A stretch of DNA of 64,000 nucleotides from Laetmonice hystrix (taxonomy: Eukaryota): NCBI GenBank assembly GCA_965235115.1, contig OZ249436.1:35652001-35716000 (forward strand). The letters run 5' to 3'. Shown one piece after another: positions 13,636-26,200 of the stretch; the first letter of the stretch is position 1, and the number at the start of each line of letters is the position of its first letter. The translations under genes were made by a program, and so were the position numbers. The notes beneath the pieces were generated by a model. The model did no database searches. It was not told the origin of the DNA and saw nothing but the letters and a program-made list of their open reading frames with translations.

Positions 13636-14546
13636 GTTAGTTCATTTCTACATTATTCGACATGATTAACGGTAACTCAGAGCTAGTTTAAAATCATTTT
13701 GCCATGATTGCAAAGGGCTGCAACAAAGCCAGACATTAGCTTTTACAGATGTGATTATGATATCGCCTTATGATATTTATGTACCGGGTACCATAAATAT
13801 TATCGACCCTGTCTAAAACCCTACCCCTATTTCCGTTTTGGTCGTCATCCACCCAAAGTACTTTGGCAGTAGACACTCCGTATATAAAAAGTTGGGATCT
13901 CTGTCATAGGCCCCACGTCCAGGACGGTCTTCGCTATCCACAATATCGGGATTTTGGATGGCATTACACTGGGTGAGGTCAAATATGAGAGTAACTATAC
14001 GCCTGGATTATCCAGGTGTTATATCAGGAAAAAGCGTTAACCTGGACCTTTAACACTAGGCTCCAGTTAACATTTTGACAACACCTTGTTAATACAGGAC
14101 CAGGTCAAATTTCCGATTTATAGAACACTTTCTTAATACCTAGCGTTAACACCCATTTAACTTTTAGATTTGACCTTAGCAGCCACAATATTTGTTGATG
14201 TGCCCAATGTCAATAATGTGTTAATTAACGATACTATCGTTAATTAGCGATAGATCAGTTATAGCGAAGACTTAATCCGCACCGTTTTTATCCGCGCTAA
14301 TAAGTTCCATTTAAGGCGTCAATTACGCTTAATTTCGCATGTTAACGCCCGTTTTACGAGTTATGCAATGGTTTAGCGCGTTTACGTTTACGTTCATTAA
14401 CGTGTTTGACACCTTAACGAGCGCACAAACTTAGTTATGAAACGGACCCGTTTTACATAATATTAGGTCATTATTGCAATGTTTGTATGCATATCTGGTA
14501 TTGTAATTCGCTACTGGAACTCGTTCATAGAAAAGAGAACACTTCA

Positions 14547-16916
14547 GGGTCATTCCATACCAAGTCACCCAGGGCCTCCCAGTTCAAATCATAGATTTTG
14601 ATGAAATTTTACTCATAAAAACGTCGATCCAATTCATGGGGCCATGCAAAATTTTATTTCTGTACTCCAAATAGTTTTCGAGATATGAATTTTTAAGTTG
14701 GTCACCCCTTGGACCCTTTCCAGACTTAAGTTTCGCTTATTTTTGTGCCGATTTTGAGGACCTATAACACCACAATTATAAGAGTGAGCATTCCCATATT
14801 TCATTAACTTACTATCCGTGGTGGGTATATGCTAAATACAAGACAACAGGTTCTTCCTGGGAATATTTTTTCTGTACGAGTGGTGCCAAAATGGCGTTTT
14901 GGCCAATTTTTACCTAAAATATTTAGCTGCGCTACAGGTTTTTTTCCATTTGAAAAGGCATATTTTCTTTAATTTTTCATAGATCTTCACAAAACTTTCA
15001 GGGAATGCTTACTGGCCATATTCCTATATAATCATAGTCCAAAATGGTTCACTTATGCTAAAAAGTCCTAGTTCTTCGACCTTAAGCATAATGATATCCG
15101 ACTTTTTGGAGGAGATGGATATTTCTGAAAGTTTAAAGTGCTCTAGAAAAGTGAGTTTTTAATATTTTTATTTTAAATTTGGCACATGGATAGTCTATGG
15201 AGAGGTCCTTTAGGAAAATACATTACAAGTTTCGAACTTGGATTAGACTTTTAATGAAGTCCTATCAAAAATGGCAAAAAATGAAAAATATGGTATCGGG
15301 CCCCACATAGAAAAAATTGTCACACAAAAGAGATTGAGAGCACAGTCTCCAAACTTTTTTCAAATAATAAGGACATATATGTGTACAGTTGACAAGGAAA
15401 TCAGTAATGTGTTAACTTTCCTTCCAGTCTTTAATGTATGATGAATACAGCCATCTTTTTGACATTCGCAGGTGGGTCATTCCATGTTGAACCAATGGCA
15501 AAAAAGTTGATGTCTCCGAATTTCTTTAAATTTTAACCACATATTTGACAGCTATATTTGGCCACTTCTGCAAAATTGCTAAGCATTTAGATAAAAATTG
15601 TGTCTCTGGGGCCTCCAAATAATATGAGGTAGAGGGTTGTCGACAAAAGCGCACCACTAATTCTGAGTAGGTTTTGAAATACCTGTAACTTTAAGGCTTT
15701 TACATCTAGAAGGCTGAAATTTGCTCTGCTTACAGACAGTTTGGTGTAGAATAAGCCCACAAAAGATTGAAGAGATATATGAAAGGATCTTGGCAGCATA
15801 ATTGTCTGAAAATGGGAAGAAAATAAGTTTTACTAATTCTGGTTGCTCAATAATTTTTTTCGTGCAAATGCTTAGCAATTTTGCAGAGGTGGCCAAATAT
15901 GGCTGTCAAATATGTGGTTAAAATTTAAAGAAATTCGGAGACATCAACTTTTTTGCCATTGGTTCAACATGGAATGACCCACCTGCGAATGTGAAAAAAA
16001 TGGCTGTATTCATCATACATTAAAGACTGGAAAGAAAGCTAGCACATTACTCATTTTTTTGTCAACTGTACACATGTATGTCCTTGTTATTTAAAAAAAG
16101 TTTGGAGACTGTACTCTCAATCCCTTTTGTGTGACAATTTTTTATATGTGGGGCCCGATACCATATTTTTCATTTTTTGCCATTTTTGATAGGACTTCAT
16201 TAAAAATCTAATCCAAGTTCGAAACTTGTAATGTATTTTCCTAAAGGACCTCTCCATAGACTATCCATGTGCCAAATTTAAAATAAAAATATTAAAAACT
16301 CACTTTTCTAGAGCACTTTAAACTTACAGAAATATCCATCTCCTCCAAAAAGTCGGATATCATTATGCTTAAGGTCGAAGAACTAGGACTTTTTAGCATA
16401 AGTGAACCATTTTGGACTATGACTATATCGGAATATGGCCAGTAAGCATTCCCTGAAAGTTTTGTGAAGATCTATAAAGAATTAAAGAAAATATGCCTTT
16501 TCAAATGGAAAAAACCCTGTTGCGCAGCTAAATATTTTAGGTAAAAATTGGCCAAAACGCCATTTTGGCACCACTCGTACAGAATAAATATTCCCAGGAT
16601 GAACCTGTTGTCTTGTATTTTGCAAATACCCACCACGGATAGTAAGTTAATGAAATATGGGAATGCTCACTCTTATAATTGTGCTGTTATAGGTCCTCAA
16701 AATCGGCACAAAAATAAGCGAAACTTAAGTCTGAAAAGGGTCCAAGGGGTGACCAATTTAAAAATTCATATCTCGAAAACTATTTGGAGTACAAAAATAA
16801 AATTTTGCATGGCCCCATGAATTGGATCAAAGTTTTTATGAGTAAAATTTCATCAAAATCTATGATTTGAACTGGGAAAATTTCCTGTTTCTGGGTGATT
16901 TGGTATGGAATGACCC
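14547..16916. mobile_element. Large foldback non-autonomous DNA transposon (Sola2-like), ~1.04-kb arms
   Basis: GGGTCATTCCATACCAA termini, 4-bp TSD TTCA (14543-14546, 16917-16920), arms ~14547-15588 and ~15866-16916. Confidence 0.85.
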
Positions 16917-17165
16917 TTCAGTCTTCACTGTTTAAGGGCCATCGAAGTATTTCTACACCAAAAACAAGTAATATGACTACCTTCATCTGTTGGCATTGTA
17001 TAAATATCGTGTGCTTCTTGAAAGTATTCAAAATAAATGTAAAAAAAATCCGTCACTTACGTTCACTACATGGTTGTGAAATGTATACATCCCATTTGAG
17101 TATCTTCTTGAAATTTTCACAGTATAGATGCCCCTCGCCTATACCTTTCATTTCCACTCCCTCAA

Positions 17166-17427
17166 GGGGCCTCGGGTGGCCGAGTGGTCTAAGGTGTCGG
17201 CTCCATCATGACACCTAGGACCATCGCCTCACACCGCTGCGACCCGGGTTCGATTCCCGGCCTGGGCTGCATGTGTGAAAGGTTTGTCAGTCAGTTCCTT
17301 CCCGAAGGTCGGTGGTTTCCTCCGGGTACTCCGGTTTCCTCCACCAAGAAAAACTGACTTTCATCTTCACCGCCGTGATATGACCCTGGCTGTTGCAAGG
17401 CGTAAAACCCCAAATACCCACCCACCC
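17166..17427 (+). mobile_element. tRNA-derived SINE with V-domain-like core
   Basis: A box TGGCCGAGTGG, B box GGTTCGATTCC, core GGTTTCCTCCGGGTACTCCGGTTTCCTCCAC, (ACCC)n tail, 13-bp TSD TCCACTCCCTCAA. Confidence 0.88.
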
Positions 17428-17588
17428 TCCACTCCCTCAATGTAGGCCTACTGTTTGCATGGGTACTAGGCCAGCCAGTACCATGTTGGGACTTCTCACT
17501 GTACTGTTTGGCCTCCCCTACTGTTTGGCCTCACTGTACTGTTTGGCCTCACTGTACTGATCTGTCAAATCGACTTCAAAAGTATTAA

Positions 17589-17928
17589 AGGTGCTATTCG
17601 TGAACAAAAATTCAATTTTTTTATTTTTAATTTTGTTGACGTTTATGTGATCCCACCTATCATGGAAATAGATTCACAACAAAGGAAATCAAAATTTTCC
17701 ATGGATAACGGCACAAATGGGGCTCTCTCAGAAGGCCTGTGGAGACCCTGACACGCCCCACCATAGGAAATGGCTCTATCTCGGTGCGCACCGAGATAGG
17801 TTTCAAATGCTGCACACAAACTAATAGAAGGTTTATCAGGCCAATGGTATCGGTAGAAATTGTTTCTAGTACTATGTGCACAATGTATGATAGGAGAAAT
17901 GCCATTCTGTGCGAGACGAATAGCACCT
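17589..17928. mobile_element. Kolobok-like MITE family B, copy 1
   Basis: TIR AGGTGCTATTCGT, TTAA TSD; near-identical inverted copy at 36209-36550. Confidence 0.85.
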
Positions 17929-19584
17929 TTAAAAAAAGTCCAAAACACCGGGCACCGAGTTGGTAAGTAGCACAAATGACAACCCTTGAATATGTAGACA
18001 TAGTAATATTTGTGTGGAAATGCTGTAAAAAAAGGTGTAAATTGACATGCGGAAGTGGCAGGTCTGACAGTCTGCTCGTTTCAGCAGCAAAATCACGTGA
18101 ATTTGTGCCGAACGAACATGGTAGGCTATGGAACCGCATAACGTACGAGACGTTAAATATCACGTAACTACATATAGGATATCAAGAAAGATGTCATTGG
18201 TTGTATACGGGTGTGTATATAGGGCCTACATTAACGAGTAGAAGGGGAAAATGATCATCGTGGTCATCACAGTAACAGAATATAACCTTTTATTTGATTG
18301 TTTAATCAGTTTGACCTTGCGCTTAATACATAACCGCAAAACCGCAATGCGGTCGCCCAAGATAAAGTCTTTCTCGCAGTCAACACCACTGCCATCAAAA
18401 AAACATGTGGCACCGTTGTCGTTGATGGTTTGGAGACGGGTAACATTACCGGCTAGATGCCATGTCTCTTCAAACATAGGCCAAAAGAAAAGTTTCGTTT
18501 CTTGTCCTTTCATATAAAAAAAAATTGGTGCGGTGACGCGGTTTTCTTCATCTTTCTTTTTTTGGGGATGCAACCAGACAACGGCCGGTTCTTCGAATGC
18601 AATGGGTACATGAGGAAATCTTGAAGAAAAAACTCATGCAATGATGTTCAATGTTTTCATTAAAGAATGGGTAAAACTCACATAAAAAGCAATAAGACTA
18701 ACAGAAAAACGCCAACGCCAAACCGTTAACAGGTTGGCACAGTCAAGGTGCCCTAAGACCATCAGATCAAGACAGAATCCACTAGGCAAAACTTTGACTA
18801 TGATTTCGCGCGTATAGATAGACTGCAGAACTGAACAATGCGAGAACTTGCACAGGAGTACGCAGCCTCAGGATTCTGCAGTACCATGCACAAGGAGCGG
18901 TGAAGGCATCTTTGCGGAAGAACATGTACTACCTATAAAATTTCCTGATTGTCGATAGAAAAATACCAACTGTAAAAGTTATTTACCGTGGAACCCAAAC
19001 TTTCCTATTGTTAAATAGTCTCTGAAATATTAGGGACGGATCGAGGTTCTCAGGAAAGGTATGCTCAAATTAAGGAAGGATTTCTTAAATTGAAGCGTAA
19101 TATTTTACCCTAACTTTTTCGATAAAAAGCTTTTTTTCTTGGTACTATGATAAACAATATGGAGTTAATTTTTATTAAAAAGGGTACAGTAGTGCAACCA
19201 GCCAGGTCTACGTACATACATAGAAAACGATAAAAGAACCAATTCATTGGGCAGATGGGTCAACTGTAGGTGTTTTGACCCAGGCCTATAGCTATAGACC
19301 TCGGTGTTTTGTAGGCCTATGAAATTCGGTTGGTCAGCGTTCATACCGGGTCTGTCTATTTACCGAAATCACCCCAGGGACATACCGAAATCCAACCTAC
19401 ATACCGAAATCACCGCTGAGAAACACCGAAATCCAACCTAAATACCGAAATCACCGCTGAGAAATACCGAAATCCAACAATTTTATGTCGTTGAATACGT
19501 TTATGTTTCTGTTTTCTAGTTTTTAACCGACATGGTTAAAATAAAAATATTTAAATATTCAAAAATCTTCATTGTACGGCAGTT

Positions 19585-22274
19585 GGGTCATTCCATGTCA
19601 AATCGACCAGGGGCTCCCGGGTGACCATCTCCAATTTTTTTCTTATTTGGCATGTAGTTAGATCTATATATCTGATATATTTCTGAAATTCTTCTTCCAA
19701 ATTCCCAACGGTTCCCATGTTATACCCCCATGAGTTTGGGTGGGGGTACCCCTGAAAAAAACGCTTCTTTTTCTGAGCCGTTTTTAGAGGGCTACCATTC
19801 AGAAATTATAAGAGCTGGCAACTTGTATTTTTGTCCACTGAAACATTAATATGTAGAGACGAGGAAAAAGTAATAACATTTTATTTCTGTGCTTATTCCT
19901 TGGAGCACCATGCCCCCCAAAATAGAAAAAACACATCTTGTAACTTCTTGATCTTTGGCGATTTGATTTATGGCTATATGAGGTGCATGTAGACACCAAA
20001 ATAATCTTCCAAAAATAGACACAGGTGGCGCCACTAGTGGCCAAAGTTAGCCGATCGCTAAATATGACCCATTTTGAGGGACCATTTTGCCTATGTTGCC
20101 AAGGTGGAAGAGCATTGTGATATTTTTTCCTTGATAAAGCACACTTTGGACATTAATGAAAACTAAGTCCCTAATCCTTTCCATACTTCCTTCCCTGTCA
20201 AATAATTTTTCAAATAATATCCATTTTAGTAAAGTTCACGCTGTGACGAGATATGAGGTACATTGTTTTTTATATCATTAAATTTTTATTATTTGCCACA
20301 GAATTCTTGTAAATAGCTTAAACTGTTGGTCTTTTGAAGATTTTTGTATTTAAATTAATTAATTAATTAATTATAAATAAATTTATAATTTATTTTTATA
20401 TTTTATTTTATATTATTATATTTTATGATTTTAAGTTATTAAATCAATAATTTAATTAATTAAGTAAATTAATTAATTAAAATAAATTTATAAATTTATT
20501 TATAATTAATTAATTAACTAATTTAAAGACAAAAATCTACAAAAGACCAACAGTTTAGGATATACTCCCCCCAAGAATATAAATACTCCAATCTCCCCCC
20601 GAGAATATGAATACTCCAATCTCCCCCCGAGAATATAAATACTCCAATCTCCCCCCATAAAATTTTTATTATTTGCCACAGAATTCTTGTAAATAGCTTA
20701 AACTGTTGGTCTTTTGAAGATTTTTGTATTTAAATTAATTATTAAAGGGGCATGCTATGAAACACGTTTTTGAGGATTTCTGGCAATTATCCAACATGAC
20801 CGTGTACTAGGGATCCAAGTAAATAATCCTACCACAGCATTTTGTCCTCCGACGTGTTTTCGCTGCGTATGCAGCACAAGTAGGTTCTATACGACCAAAC
20901 CTATAGATTTCTCCCGATGGCACATCTCCCGCCATAATTTGGCGGACAACCCCCCATCAACCCGTGTAATCGCGTACTGCGTCACATCCTGCATGTGCAC
21001 TGTCTGCATGTGCTTAGTCGCGTGCTTTGCTTAGTTGTAAACAATTCAGCAGTGGCACTCGATCGCCCGGCATCAGAAATAAATATTTTACGAAATCGGC
21101 AGAGAAGCGGGCAAGGGAGCTTAATAAACTTCGATTTCTCACGCAAAATGAAACTGATAAGTCTGTCTTTGTTTACTAAGCAATTTTAATGAAGGATCTC
21201 TTTATAAAAACAGCAAAAGTTCTATGAAATACCGATTTTTAACGTTTCCTCATAATATGCCCCTTTAAAGTAATTAATTAATCATAAATAAATTTATAAT
21301 TTATTTTTATATTTTATTGTATATTATTATATTTTATGATTTTAAGTTATTAAATCAATAATTTAATTAATGAAGTAAATTGATTAATTAAAATAAATTT
21401 ATAAATTTATTTATAATTAATTAATTAACTAATTAATTTAAAGACAAAAATCTACAAAAGACCAACAGTTTAGGATATTTACCACTTTCAAGAATTCTGT
21501 GGCAAATAATAAAAATTTTATGATATAAAAACAACGTACCTCGTATCTCGTCACAGCGTGAATTTTACTAAAATGGATATTATTTGAAAAATTATTTGAC
21601 AGGGAAGGAAGTATGGAAGGGATTAGGGACTTAGTTTTCTTTAATGTCCAAAATGTGCTTTATCAAGGAAAAAATATCACAATGCTCTTCCACCTTGGCA
21701 ACATAGGCAAAATGGCCCCTCAAAATGGGTCATATTTAGCGATCGGCCAACTTTGGCCACTAGTGGCGCCACCTGTGTCTATTTTTGGAAGATTATTTTG
21801 GTGTCTACATGCACCTCATATAGCCATAAATCAAATCGCCAAAGATCAAGAAGTTACAAGAAATAACCTTCTCATGAAAAATGTTTGAATATTGAATTTT
21901 TTTTTCTCCGATGTGTTTTTTTCTATTTTGGGGGGCATGGTGCTCCAAGGAATAAGCGTAGAAATAAAATGTTATTGCTTTTTCCTCGTCTCTACATATT
22001 GAAGTTTCAGTGGGAGAAAATACAAGTTGCCAGCTCTTACAGTTTCTGAATGGTAGCCCTCTAAAAATGGCTCAGAATTAAACGTGCTTTGTTCAGGGGT
22101 ACCCCCACCCTCGCTTATCGGGGTGTAACTCGGAGACCGTTGGGTATTTTGGAGCAAAATTTTAGGATTGTACTGCAAATACACAGGTCTAACGGCATGC
22201 CAAATTTGAAAAAAATCGAAGATGGTCCCCCGGGAAGATTTTCCAAAATTGGTCGATTTGACATGGAATGACCC
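19585..22274. mobile_element. Large foldback non-autonomous DNA transposon (Sola2-like), second family
   Basis: GGGTCATTCCATGTCAAATCGACCA termini, 4-bp TSD AGTT; long inverted arms; AT-rich duplicated centre. Confidence 0.85.
20746..21264. mobile_element. Kolobok-like MITE family A, nested in the foldback element
   Basis: AGGGGCAT..ATGA TIR, TTAA TSD; other copies at 32084-32614, 28101-28510, 24564-24672. Confidence 0.85.
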
Positions 22275-22322
22275 AGTTCCATTTGGAAGAACATTGAGCC
22301 AAATGCTGCCATTAATATAAAG

Positions 22323-23296
22323 TTACCTTCCACTCGCTGTGACATACTTAGGAGGTTTACTGGGCACTAATGGCTCGTTCAAGTCCTGTAACAAACCCTC
22401 AACAATACGGTCATGCTCAGACAGTGCATGCTTCTTCTTCTTTTTTGGTGCAGAAATTCTACGAATGCCGGAAACACTGACGTTGGAAGAGTCTATGTCA
22501 TTTTCTAGTTCTGAATCCTCTGACCATTGTGACACATGACTTTTGGCTGAATTTGCTCGATCACCTTTCTCAAGAAAATGACCAGATGTAGTGACAGTTG
22601 TGACAGCAGTGTGTGGCTCGTCTCTGCCCTCTTCAGACCGGTCTGACGTTTGACTAGTGGCTGCTCGACCTCTGTCGTACGCGGACTGACCAGAATCATC
22701 AACTTCCAGTGAAGCTACTCCCGAGTCTCTACTGGTTGACGAGGATTCACGGTAATCTGCGCCCGACGACCCCAAAACACATCTCCTGTCACTTAAGGAT
22801 TTGTTCTTTTTCTTTTTCTTTTTCTGAAATTGTTTCATTTCCTTGGCTATATTCTTCATGTCGGAGATGTCTGTATGAGGTGGCTGGGTGGCGGCCCACC
22901 GTTCAGTAGCCGTTGGCTGATCCATCGCTGAAGTGTGTTGGTCCACTGACCACTGGTCATAGTCTGTGTACTCGCTCAACGACACAGGCCCACCGTGACG
23001 GTCATCTGGAGATAGTTTGTTACAGTGCCGGTTGGCACTGCCAGACCTGCAGCTGCTGGCACTCCCTGTCCGTGACTTGCACGTTCTCAGTGCCTCTATT
23101 GTTTCATCCCTTTGTTTGAGCTTCATTTCCAAGTCTACGATTCTGTTCTCCTGTTCTGACACACGACCAGAGAGTTCTAGAACGAGGGCAGTTCGATCAT
23201 TGGTAGAATTGGCTGATTGGTCTGGTACTGGTCCGACGTCAGGCTCGGCTTGACCGGGTGACTCTACCCTGGTTACTGTCATACTTTTCAGTTTCT
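22323..23296 (-). CDS. CCDC192-like coding exon 5 (coiled coil plus long Ser-rich tail with poly-Lys tracts)
   Basis: ttttttcag| acceptor; contains the longest ORF in the window (319 aa). Confidence 0.85.
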
Positions 23297-26200
23297 CTGA
23301 AAAAATGTGAAAGAAAATATTTGTATTGTAATTTTTTATGGACCAGTTCGACTTCGAAATGTTGCAAAACTTTAGGAACAGAGAGCTGTCTCATTGAACA
23401 ATAATAAAACAAAAATATATGAATACATAAATAATTGAGTGAATGAATCGGTGAAGGAATGAATGAGTGGATGAATGAATGATTAACCACCACAATATTA
23501 CCATGGCCGTGAGTTGATCTGATGCTATTAACGGGAAGGACCGCCTTTTTTGGTCGACCATCCCCAAGGTAACTGTAAACAACACTGCCGTGAAATGACC
23601 AAAATAAGCAAGTCCAACTTTCATCAAAATCGACTTAAGTGTAAATTTGGATTCAGGGAAGTAAGTCCTATCTATCAATGGGTGTATTTCTGCTAAACAT
23701 CCTTCTATGAAGCTATCAGTCACATGACAGAAGCAAGCATGTCCACCCAAATGCACTGTAGAGACAACTTGTTTATGTCCATTTCTCGAAACTTGAACTT
23801 TTGAACTTGCTTCCTTTTGTCATTTCACGGCAGAACAGGTGACATGGCGAGAGGCGGTAGTAGCTACTCGCGGTGTCTAAGGTGTCATGTATGTATACGA
23901 TGGATAACAACAATAAGGCAGGAGGTGGGGTAAAACACAAAAGAAACCGGAGCAGGGCGAGACGGGGCGCGAATGTCCGGTCACGTGACACCCTGGCAAC
24001 GCCTGCATGGGTCTGGTGAATACAAACGCCGTTGCCCCCTCGCTTCATTCAAATACATAGCACTTGATAATGGTGACGAACTTTGGTGTTAATTACTGCA
24101 AGATCTGTCCTCATACGTGAAAAAAGCGGTAGACTTGGTTTATCACTTTCCCAAGCAACTCAATGTCACCGGAGTGGAGAGCTAAATGGCCCAGTTTATT
24201 TAGATCTAGGCTAATAGGAAGGGTTTTAACATGGCAAAGAACTGAAAGCCGCGGAACACTGTGTTCGTCACATTTTCTTACTGACGTCTATACCCACGTT
24301 TGCAGTGAGGAATCTGTGGAATGTTGCAGGCCTTGTTCATTTTATGAGATGGTTTAGGTCTAATTTTTGATTTAGGTCTTTGTTTTTATCGCAGATTAAG
24401 GGTATAGGAGTCTAGTTTATGACTATATCTGCCGTTAAGAGTAGGCAACAGCTTTAAATTCCCCCTCTTCTTTCTTTCTTACTCTTACAGAGCCATATAG
24501 CCTAGCCTAGGCCTTCTTATAACATCTAAAATTAAAAGAAAACTTCTATTGTCTGGATATTAAAGGGGCATATTATGAGGAAACGTGAAAAATCTGTATT
24601 TCAAAGAACTTTTGCTGTTTTTATAAAGAGATCCTTCATTAAAATTGCTTGGTAAACAAAGAGAGACTTATCTACTAGTAAGCTAGTACCTAATTTAGAA
24701 AAATAGAGGAGTATGTTACATTTTTGTCTCATTGGTAACAAGATATTTCTCACCTATTAGTGTATCATTCTCCTCCTTTAATTTGGAAACTTCATCATTT
24801 GACTCAAAAACACGAAGAGAAGATTCGTGCTTTGCCTCAGCCAGCTGGGAGTGAACGTGTCTCAACTTCTTCTTGTATTTCGTTTTCTATGATTAAATAC
24901 AGTAAAGATTAAAAAATAGATTAAAATAAAAAGAGATATAGGTTCATATCTTTTCAGGTTAAATATTGTAAAGAACCCCATGAACTGCATGACTGTTTTA
25001 TTGAAATCGGATTTTTTATAAATCACAGAAATAAAAAAAAGAGAGTAGATCTTACAAATTTATGTATACTTTTATGGATCACTTTCCTACCAATGATCAA
25101 ACCCAATGTAATATTGTATTAGGATAATGAACTGAATATACATGTATGTATAACTGAGTATAACACTATAAGAGGAGAATGTCAAAATACCAGTTTAGTA
25201 ATCTCGTCCTGGATGAGCTTCGTTTCCTTCTCCAGTTTCTGGATGTACTGGTCCTTGGCAGCTACGGTTTTAGTACACTGGGTAGGAGCAGCAGCAATGC
25301 TTCTCCTGTGCTGCTCCTCCAGCTGTTCCTCAACCGCCTGCAGCTGCTCAGCAAGGTCCATGTTCTCGCTCTCCAGGGTCCCCATCTTCAATCAATCAAC
25401 CCATTTCACTGTCAGACATATGAAATGGCCACCAACCAGACGGTCTCCATGGTATGCCAGAAGTGATTTTGGAAATGACTAGCTGGGGCGGTCTTACTCT
25501 TACTAACGATGATCCCAGGAAAATCCCACCAAAGTCCCCAGACCAGGGATATCCCTGTTGTGAGGTATCTTACTAAAAAGTCCCTCGATTGAAACAGTGT
25601 TAGGGAGATGCCCCCGATTTGAGCCTAACAACATGATGAAAATAAAAATGATTTTATTTTCATAACGGTATTAAGCAGAAAATTTGAACATCACTTTTGA
25701 ACAAATGTCATGACATTCTGTATGAATCTTGTTATCAACTGATGGTTGACAATATGAGGTAGACATTGATGTTGACTAATACATAGGAAAAGAGGTTAGT
25801 CCTGAAATACACTCTGCTGTTGAAAACATTACAGGAATAGCTGTGTAACGGAATTATGAGTAACGGAATTACATGTAAACGTATCTTGATCACTGTCTTG
25901 ATGTACAATTCACCAAAAACCCAATTTAAGAAACTAATTGCCAAATCGCAAGGGCCCTGAACACAACTGAATATTAAAACAACAAATTCTATGGCTTACT
26001 GCAGTTTACCTGATTTTCCAGTTCAGTTACTCGTGACTGAAGCTTAAAAATAATCTGTCTGCTCTCCGCCAGCTGGCTCTTATAACTGTAAACAGGATCA
26101 TCTCCCGCTGGCTCAGACCGGGCACGACCCGCCGTAGGCAGACTGCATGATGTGGGCCGGACAAGTCTGTGTGACATTATAATAAATGGAATGAACCCTT

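Noticed and set aside
17166..17262. tRNA gene
   Set aside because: A/B boxes are the head of a SINE with core, tail and TSD; no convincing cloverleaf.
17643..18163. 110-167 aa ORFs, partly repeated at 36165-36438
   Set aside because: Chance ORFs across a non-coding MITE present in two copies.
18226..18573. 115-aa minus-strand ORF as an extra CCDC192-like exon
   Set aside because: No clear compatible splice sites or homology.
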